NCBI GenBank assembly: GCA_021789895.1 | Contig: JAJYIU010000002.1 | Coordinates: 93,805 to 157,804 of the forward strand | Direction of reading: 5' to 3' | Origin: Acidobacteriota bacterium | Lineage (GTDB): Bacteria > Acidobacteriota > Terriglobia > Terriglobales > SCQP01 | Length of the DNA stretch: 64,000 nucleotides | Shown: piece by piece, positions 51,333 to 64,000 of the stretch | How the letters are laid out: each line of letters begins with the position of its first letter | Numbering within the stretch: the first letter of the stretch is position 1 | Notes under the pieces: model-generated | Databases searched by the model: none | What the model was told of the DNA's origin: nothing | What the model saw: only the letters and a program-made list of their open reading frames with translations | Translations under genes and position numbers: made by a program

Positions 51333-51689
51333 TTACGGCTCTTGCGGGCGCCAGAAGCGGGCCAGCAGGTCGTGGGCGCGCTGCCAGGCGCGCGCTTCCT
51401 CCGCCAACAGCTTGCGCCCGGCGGGTGCGAGGCGGTAATACCTGGCGCGTCGGTTGTTTTCCGTGTTGCCCCACTCGCTTTGGATATAACCTTCCTGTTC
51501 CAGCTTGATCAGCGCCGGGTAGAGCGTGCCGTAGTTGACCAGCAGTTCCTGACCGCTGACCTGCTCGATGCGCCGCGCGATGCCGTAGCCATGCTGCGGC
51601 CCCATCGTCTCCAACGACTTGAGCACCATCAGCACCAGCGTTCCCGGCCAAATCTCGCGCTTGTGGTTGGGATCATTTTTTCCGGCCAT
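51333..51689 (-). CDS. PadR-family transcriptional regulator
   Basis: GTLVLMVLKSLETMGPQHGYGIARRIEQVSGQELLVNYGTLYPALIKLEQEGYIQSEW ... RRARYYRLAPAGRKLL. First gene of the padR-ADOP-ADOP operon. Confidence 0.9.
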   Translation of the reverse strand: MAGKNDPNHKREIWPGTLVLMVLKSLETMGPQHGYGIARRIEQVSGQELLVNYGTLYPALIKLEQEGYIQSEWGNTENNRRARYYRLAPAGRKLLAEEARAWQRAHDLLARFWRPQEP

Positions 51690-51705
51690 GAAGCTTCACC
51701 CTTCT

Positions 51706-51724
51706 TCTATGGGTTAAGCATAGA
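51706..51724. promoter_or_regulatory. candidate PadR operator: inverted repeat TCTATG-N7-CATAGA
   Basis: Perfect 6-bp arms, 17 nt upstream of the padR ATG. A third CTATGGG half-site is at about 51739-51745. Confidence 0.3.
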
Positions 51725-51866
51725 GCATGGCACAACTGCTATGGGAAGGCAATAGGACTCGTGGGCCGCCGCCACTACTCGTGGGTCGCCGTCAGGCGGC
51801 ACGACCGCCGCCAGAGGCATGCAGACGGTAAAGCGGGTAGTATGAATGGCATAGCCGGCGAGGACT

Positions 51867-51998
51867 ATGCAAGGCCAGATCCTGGGACATTTCAAGGTCG
51901 GGGCAAAGCTCGGCGCGGGCGGCATGGCGAGGTGTATAAGGCCGAGGATTTGAAGCTGCACCGGCAGGTGGCGCTAAAGTTTCTTCCCCGGGCGGCGG
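51867..51998 (+). pseudogene. truncated, frameshifted 5' fragment of a Hanks kinase gene (paralogous copy of the 53840 gene start)
   Basis: ATG at 51867. MQGQILGHFKVGAKLGAGGM, then one G missing near 51927 relative to 53893-53905, giving a stop at 51951. With the frame restored it reads (G)EVYKAEDLKLHRQVALKFLPRAAA. Similarity ends where the convergent phosphatase gene ends (51999). Confidence 0.6.
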
Positions 51999-53723
51999 CT
52001 AACGGGCGGCGGTGGCGGGGCCGCGGAAATGGAACTCGAGCAGGGTGCAATCATCGAGCATGGCGACGGGGCCGCGGAAGGTGTCCACGGCAGCCTGCAG
52101 GCTGGCAATCGAGCCGCCGGCGGCGAGCGCCGCCTCCAGGCGCTCTTCACCGAAAAACTCGTGGCAATCGTTTTCGACCTCGGTGACGCCGTCGGTAACC
52201 AGCAGCAGGCGGTCGCCGGGGAGGAGTTGGCGGGCGGTGGAGGCATATTCGGCGCCGGCGAAGAGTCCGAGCGGCATGCCGCCTTCGCGCAGGCGCTCGA
52301 CCGCGCCGCCGCGGGCGAGCAGCGGGGGGACGTGACCGCAGTTGACGTATTCGAGGCGGCCCTGGGCGTCCAGGCTGGCGAGAATGCCGGTGGCGTATTT
52401 TTCACCGCTGAGGCGCTGGCAGAGATACGTGTTGACAGCGGCGGCGAGCGTCGCCAGCGGGACGCCGGCGAGCAATTGGGCATAGATCATGCCCTGCAGG
52501 CTGGCGGCGAGCAGGGCGGCGGAGATGCCCTTGCCGGCGACATCAATCAGTGCGGCGTACACGGTTGAGCCGGCGGCAAGGCAGTCGAAGAAATCACCGC
52601 CGACCTGCTGGCAGGGGAGGCTGCTGCCGCGCAGCTCGATTTCCGGCAGCGCAGGCCACTCCAGCGGCAGCAGGCGGCGCTGGATTTCGGCAGCAATAGA
52701 GAGCTCCTGGCGGATGCGGCGGGCTTCGCGCTCGGCGCGCGCCAGGCGGGCGTTTTCCACCAGGTTGGCAGCCTGATTCGCAATGGCATGCAACAGGTCG
52801 GCATTGAGCGAGGAAAAGCCGCGGGCGGCGGCATGGCTATCGAGATAGAGGGCGCCCAGGGCGGCTTCGGGGCGGGCGATAAGGCTCTGCATCACTTCTT
52901 CACGCACCAGCCGCGGGCGCAGCGGGATACAGAGCACCATGCGCAGATTCTGGTCCACGATGCTTTGCCGCGCCAGCGCGCCGGAGTTGGCGGCGGTGTC
53001 GCTGAAGATGAAATCGGTAGCGGAGGCGAGCGCGTCGTGGATGGTGGAACGGGAGATGGATTGATCGCCGGCGATGGGCTCGCCGGCGCGGTTGCGGGCG
53101 GCTGCGAGGCGCAGCTCGCCGGCTTCCTGCAAAAAGACGTAGCCGCGCTCGGCGCCAGTGAGCCGGAGAGTGGTTTCGATGAGGCTGACGAGCACGTCTT
53201 CCAGCGCGCTGGGGGAATCGAGCTTGCGGGCGAGCTCGAGAAAGAGGCTGAGCTTTTGCAGATCGGCGGCGCCGCTATCCTCTTCGCCGGTGACCATCGA
53301 GAGCTGGCGCAGGAAATCGCGGGCCATGCCGGTGAGCGGGGCGAAGATCAAGCGCGGGCCGTCAGACGCGCCCAGGGCAATCTCATCGCCGGGCTTCAGT
53401 TGAGCCGTCTCCACACGGGCGCCGTTGACCCAGGTGCCGTGGCGGCTGCCCAGGTCGCGCAGCAGATAGCCGTCGCCTGAGGGAACGATTTCGGCATGAT
53501 CACGCGAGATGCGCGGGTCGAGAATCACTAGACCTTTGCCGCTCCGCCGACCGATGGTGAAGCCGGCAGGCGAGAGCTGAAACTCGTGCTGCTCTTCGCC
53601 AGCGATGTAGCGCAGGCGCGGGGCCTCAACCGGCAAGGGGGATGGAGCGAAACTGGCCATGGAACCTGCCTGGAGCCATGCTACAGCATTTGCCCGGTTG
53701 CGGGGATCAGTGTCGCCTTCCAT
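51999..53723 (-). CDS. FHA - GAF - SpoIIE/PP2C-type phosphatase fusion protein
   Basis: FHA domain (FTIGRRSGKGLVILDPRISRDHAEIVPSGDGYLLRDLGSRHGTWVNG). GAF-like middle region (LTGAERGYVFLQEAGELRL ... LGALYLDS). SpoIIE domain (GGDFFDC, LIDVAGKG, LLLVTDGVTE). The alternative ATG at 53660 gives MASFAPS.... Confidence 0.85.
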   Translation of the reverse strand: MEGDTDPRNRANAVAWLQAGSMASFAPSPLPVEAPRLRYIAGEEQHEFQLSPAGFTIGRRSGKGLVILDPRISRDHAEIVPSGDGYLLRDLGSRHGTWVNGARVETAQLKPGDEIALGASDGPRLIFAPLTGMARDFLRQLSMVTGEEDSGAADLQKLSLFLELARKLDSPSALEDVLVSLIETTLRLTGAERGYVFLQEAGELRLAAARNRAGEPIAGDQSISRSTIHDALASATDFIFSDTAANSGALARQSIVDQNLRMVLCIPLRPRLVREEVMQSLIARPEAALGALYLDSHAAARGFSSLNADLLHAIANQAANLVENARLARAEREARRIRQELSIAAEIQRRLLPLEWPALPEIELRGSSLPCQQVGGDFFDCLAAGSTVYAALIDVAGKGISAALLAASLQGMIYAQLLAGVPLATLAAAVNTYLCQRLSGEKYATGILASLDAQGRLEYVNCGHVPPLLARGGAVERLREGGMPLGLFAGAEYASTARQLLPGDRLLLVTDGVTEVENDCHEFFGEERLEAALAAGGSIASLQAAVDTFRGPVAMLDDCTLLEFHFRGPATAAR

Positions 53724-53839
53724 CCGCCATCAGCTTCGCGGTCCGCAGCGCATGAAGAGACGGGGGAATGGGGTCGGAGCTAGCCATGGCAGCAACTTGA
53801 CTGAAAAACGGGTAGTATGAACATCATCCGGCAAGGTCT

Positions 53840-56689
53840 ATGCAACCCGAAATCATGGGCCATTTCAGTGTGCGGGAAAAGCTCGGTGCGGGCGGCATGG
53901 GCGAGGTGTATAAGGCCGAGGATTTGAAGCTGCACCGGTACGTGGCGCTGAAATTCCTGCCGCGAGGAGCGGCGGGCGGGGCGGTGGAGCGATTCACGCG
54001 CGAGGCGCGAGCCATTGCCGGATTGAATCATCCTAACATCTGCACTCTCTACGAGTTCGCAGATGAAGCCGGCCAGCCGTTCCTGGTAATGGAGCTGCTT
54101 GAAGGCGAGACGTTGCGGGAGCGGCTGCTGCGCAAGCCTCTGCCGGGGCTGAACCTGCTGCTGGAGTGGGCGATCCAGATTGCCGACGCCCTGGAGGCGG
54201 CGCACCGGCAGGGCATCGTGCATCGCGATTTGAAGCCGGCCAACCTGTTCATCACCCGGCACCAGCAGGCGAAGATTCTCGATTTCGGGCTGGCGCGGCT
54301 GCAGGCCGGCGGCGAGACTGGACTGGACGAAGAAACGGCGAGCCTTACGGCGCCGCAACTGACTTCGCCGGGCACAACCCTGGGAACGATCGCCTATATG
54401 TCACCCGAGCAGGCGCGAGGCGAGGAAGTTACGGCGCAGAGCGACCTGTTTTCGTTCGGCGTGGTGTTGTATGAAGCGGTCACCGGGCATCCGTGCTTTC
54501 AGGCAAAAAGCACGGCGGAAACCTTCAGCCGCATATTGAACCTGCAGCCCGCTCCGCCAACGCGGCTGCGGCCGGAGATGCCGGCCGAACTGGAACGGAT
54601 CATTCTGCGGGCGCTGGAAAAAGACCCCGAGCTGCGTTATCAGCACGCCAGCGAGCTGCGGGCGGAGCTGAAGCGCTGCCAGCGCGACCTGCTGGCGGCA
54701 AATGCGGCGGCAACGGCAGGCGGCAATCCGGTCATTGCCGCCGTCGGCAGAATGGCAGACAGCCCGGAAAACAGCAGGACCGGCGCCACTCGTTTCGATA
54801 CACCGGCAGCCGAAGCGAGCACCGGCAGCGGCGCCGCATCCGCTGCCACAATGGCGGCAAGCGCAGACAAGCCAACTGCGGTTTCCGACAGCCAGATCAT
54901 CTCGGCGCTGCTGAGCCGACACCGCCGCGGGCTGCTATGGAGCGGGGCCGGCGCGATCACGATTTTGGCAGCGTTGGCGGGCTGGTATTCCCTGGCGAGC
55001 TCGCGTTCACGAGAACTGGCGACCGTAGTGAATGCCTGGCGCAACGCGCAGGTGATCGAACTGACGCATTCGGGGTTGGTGGCGGCCCCGGTGGCGATCT
55101 CACCCGACGGCAATTACGTTGCCTACGTGCGGAACAGCCCGCAAGGAGAGAGCCTGTGGATCCGGCAGGTGCTGGCCAGCAGCGGTTCGCAAATCGTGCC
55201 GCCGCTCTCGAGCCCATCCGCCGTATTCCGCTATACCGGACTGAGCTTCACTCCCGACAACAGCTACGTGGATTACACCGCCGGAAGCCTGATTCATCCG
55301 AACCTGTACCAAGTCCCGGTGCTGGGAGGAACGCCGGTGGAGCTGGCAAAAGACGTGGACAGCGGGCCGGCATTTTCCCCGGACGGACGGAAAATGGCGT
55401 TCGTGCGCTGTCAACCTTCCGGATACCAAGCCCAAGTTGTTGTGGCGGCAGCGGACGGTTCGCAAGCCCGAATGCTAGCGCAGAGCCAAGGGCCTGATTT
55501 CAGCTTTACCTGTTCCGCCTTCTCCGATTTAGCCCAGCCCGCCTGGTCCCATAACGGACGTTGGATTGCGGTAATCGCCGTCTCCCAGCGGCAAGTCTTT
55601 TCCCAGCAGATCGCAGTCATCTCAACCCGCACCGGCGCAATCAAACTTCTCCCGCCAACGCTTGGATTTGCGCAAGGCCTGCAATGGCTGGCCAAGGATA
55701 ACGGGCTAATGGTGATCGGCGGCAGACAGAACTTAGTTTTGGCAGAAAACCACGTCCTGCTGGTTCCCTATCCCCATGGCGCGATGGAAGTGCTCACGCA
55801 CGGCCTGGGGCCGTTCAATAGTTTGAGCCTGAGCGCCGATGGCAAGACCCTGGCCAGCCAGAAAGAAACCGACTACGCCTCGATCTGGTTGCAGCGGCCG
55901 GGCCAGGCGGCGCAGCCGATTGTGGCTCCCGCCAACAATTATCAAGGGACCTCGCTGGCTTGGGCGCCGCAGCGCAGGATTGCCTATATGGCCGAGAACG
56001 GCAACGGGCAAAACGCCGTTTTCGAAGTGGACCCCGAACATCCCGGCCCACCTCAGCAAACTTCCGACAGCGGCAACATTGCCCAGCTTGCAGTCAGCTC
56101 CCGCGGCCAGATCGCCTACAATCAGTTGCGCGGCGGGCAACCCTACCTGATCACCCAAGGCGGCCAGCAGCGGCACGGCATACCCTTGCTGGCGGGAGGA
56201 TTTCCCAGTTTTACCCCGGACGGAAACTCGATCGTGTTCATCCAACTCACGCCGCAGCAGGAACTGGCGATGATCCCCGCCCAAGGCGGCAGGGCGCGAG
56301 TATTGGCGCCATATTTCGCCGGTGTGCTATTTCCGCCCGCGCTCTCGCCGGACGGGCGGCAGATCCTGTTTGAAACGCACGATCCTAAGACGGGCAAGAT
56401 GGCGGCCGGGATCTTTCCTCTGGCCCAGCCGAAACAGATCGCATATTTGCCGATCGAAAAACAAATGCAATGGCTGCCCGATGGGCGGGGGCTGAGCTAT
56501 GTGAAAACCGTGAACGGGGTGGACAACATTTGGGCGGCGGCGTGGCGGGGCAAGCCACGTGCCATCACGCATTTTCGAAGCCAAATGATCTGGTCGTACG
56601 CTTGGTCGCGCGGCGGCCGGCTAGCGATCGCGCGGAACGAGGCGCACGGCAGCGTGGTGCTGCTGAATGCGACGAACACCAGATATTAA
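53840..56689 (+). CDS. Hanks-type Ser/Thr kinase - TM - TolB-like (PD40) beta-propeller sensor protein
   Basis: Kinase motifs: GAGGMGEVY, VALKFL, HRDLKPANLFI, DFGLARL, YMSPEQ. TM helix (LLWSGAGAITILAALAGWY). PD40-like blades (ISPDGNYVAY, FSPDGRKMAF, SHNGRWIAV, LSADGKTLA, FTPDGNSIVF, LSPDGRQILF, WLPDGRGLSY). Paralogue of 32649..35453. Confidence 0.9.
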   Translation: MQPEIMGHFSVREKLGAGGMGEVYKAEDLKLHRYVALKFLPRGAAGGAVERFTREARAIAGLNHPNICTLYEFADEAGQPFLVMELLEGETLRERLLRKPLPGLNLLLEWAIQIADALEAAHRQGIVHRDLKPANLFITRHQQAKILDFGLARLQAGGETGLDEETASLTAPQLTSPGTTLGTIAYMSPEQARGEEVTAQSDLFSFGVVLYEAVTGHPCFQAKSTAETFSRILNLQPAPPTRLRPEMPAELERIILRALEKDPELRYQHASELRAELKRCQRDLLAANAAATAGGNPVIAAVGRMADSPENSRTGATRFDTPAAEASTGSGAASAATMAASADKPTAVSDSQIISALLSRHRRGLLWSGAGAITILAALAGWYSLASSRSRELATVVNAWRNAQVIELTHSGLVAAPVAISPDGNYVAYVRNSPQGESLWIRQVLASSGSQIVPPLSSPSAVFRYTGLSFTPDNSYVDYTAGSLIHPNLYQVPVLGGTPVELAKDVDSGPAFSPDGRKMAFVRCQPSGYQAQVVVAAADGSQARMLAQSQGPDFSFTCSAFSDLAQPAWSHNGRWIAVIAVSQRQVFSQQIAVISTRTGAIKLLPPTLGFAQGLQWLAKDNGLMVIGGRQNLVLAENHVLLVPYPHGAMEVLTHGLGPFNSLSLSADGKTLASQKETDYASIWLQRPGQAAQPIVAPANNYQGTSLAWAPQRRIAYMAENGNGQNAVFEVDPEHPGPPQQTSDSGNIAQLAVSSRGQIAYNQLRGGQPYLITQGGQQRHGIPLLAGGFPSFTPDGNSIVFIQLTPQQELAMIPAQGGRARVLAPYFAGVLFPPALSPDGRQILFETHDPKTGKMAAGIFPLAQPKQIAYLPIEKQMQWLPDGRGLSYVKTVNGVDNIWAAAWRGKPRAITHFRSQMIWSYAWSRGGRLAIARNEAHGSVVLLNATNTRY

Positions 56690-56718
56690 ACGCCGGGAGC
56701 TTTAGCCGGCGCCAGCTT

Positions 56719-56751
56719 AATAAAAACGGGACCGGAGGGGATCCGGTCCCG
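56719..56751 (-). terminator. intrinsic terminator downstream of rpoC (possibly bidirectional)
   Basis: A 10-bp perfect stem (CGGGACCGGA at 56727-56736 with TCCGGTCCCG at 56742-56751) and a GGGGA loop. On the minus strand it is followed by UUUUUAUU (56726-56719). It sits 25 nt after the rpoC stop. Confidence 0.65.
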
Positions 56752-56775
56752 GAAAGAGTTGAACAACGAGCCGGT

Positions 56776-60984
<4,209 letters not shown>

Positions 60985-61115
60985 GATGCCTCCGAAGTAA
61001 CCCACGGCCGGCCCCGCCAGCGGGAGCGGCCGCTCGAAGCCCTCCCGCCGGGCGGGAGAGCGTACGCGCCGGTCCGATGCGGCGGGCCGGCAGAACCCAG
61101 GCAACGCCGGCGGGC

Positions 61116-64000
<2,885 letters not shown>

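Noticed and set aside
51761-52186. 141-aa plus-strand ORF as a possible small gene.
   Set aside because: Its middle (..GEVYKAEDLKLHRQVALKFLPRAAA..) is the post-frameshift frame of the dead kinase fragment. The remainder is antisense to the FHA-GAF-SpoIIE gene.
53796-53821. TTGACT followed by TAGTAT as a sigma-70 promoter for the intact kinase.
   Set aside because: The spacing between the two hexamers is only ~10 nt (13 nt to the alternative TATGAA), which is too short for a -35/-10 pair. Only the CGGGTAGTATGAA part is shared with the duplicated copy.

Overview
This is a GC-rich bacterial chromosomal segment (by eye, not computed) with no rRNA, tRNA, CRISPR array, transposase or integrase that I could recognise. 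The gene content points to Acidobacteriota/Terriglobia, which is an inference: two tandem ADOP-type duplicated FtsX permeases behind a PadR regulator, an exosortase/EpsI pair, Hanks kinases fused to TolB-like beta-propellers, and many glycoside hydrolases.

Layout:
- 1-12.1 kb: Wzx/Wzy-type exopolysaccharide locus (EpsI, exosortase, Wzc-like tyrosine kinase, Wzy/O-antigen-ligase-like protein, TPR-like protein, flippase, GT-A-like protein, FkbM methyltransferase, GT9).
- 12.2-19.5 kb: signalling and transport (PAS-DHp-REC-TM-AMIN protein, Ser/Thr kinase, PP2C, APC permease, divergent Amt-like channel).
- 19.6-30.7 kb: hemicellulose-degradation cluster (GH3, LysR, GH51, esterase, GH30+CBM6). Its lysR/GH51 divergent promoter is split by a 1.1-kb lower-GC insert (ArdC-like remnant plus PIN/RHH toxin-antitoxin) bracketed by 138-bp direct repeats.
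- 30.7-32.5 kb: fluoride riboswitch, crcB and three DUF190 domains.
- 32.6-45.8 kb: housekeeping genes (STK-beta-propeller kinase, rluB, scpB, scpA, M50 protease, ECF sigma/anti-sigma/Spy-like, PpiD-like PPIase, asd, aspartate kinase, Trm112-like).
- 45.9-51.7 kb: ADOP, ADOP, PadR.
- 51.8-56.7 kb: frameshifted kinase 5' fragment, FHA-GAF-SpoIIE phosphatase, and an intact STK-beta-propeller kinase.
- 56.8-64 kb: rpoC and the 3' part of rpoB.

The most interesting observations:
- Two cases where a gene 5' end plus its promoter is duplicated on either side of inserted DNA (23.25-24.64 kb and 51.83-53.97 kb).
- A histidine-kinase-like protein that lacks an ATPase domain but carries a receiver domain and a periplasmic AMIN domain.
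- A 2+1 arrangement of DUF190 domains behind a fluoride riboswitch.
- An Amt-like channel with Gln at the first twin-His position.

Most other long ORFs in the track are alternate-frame or antisense artefacts of the high GC content.
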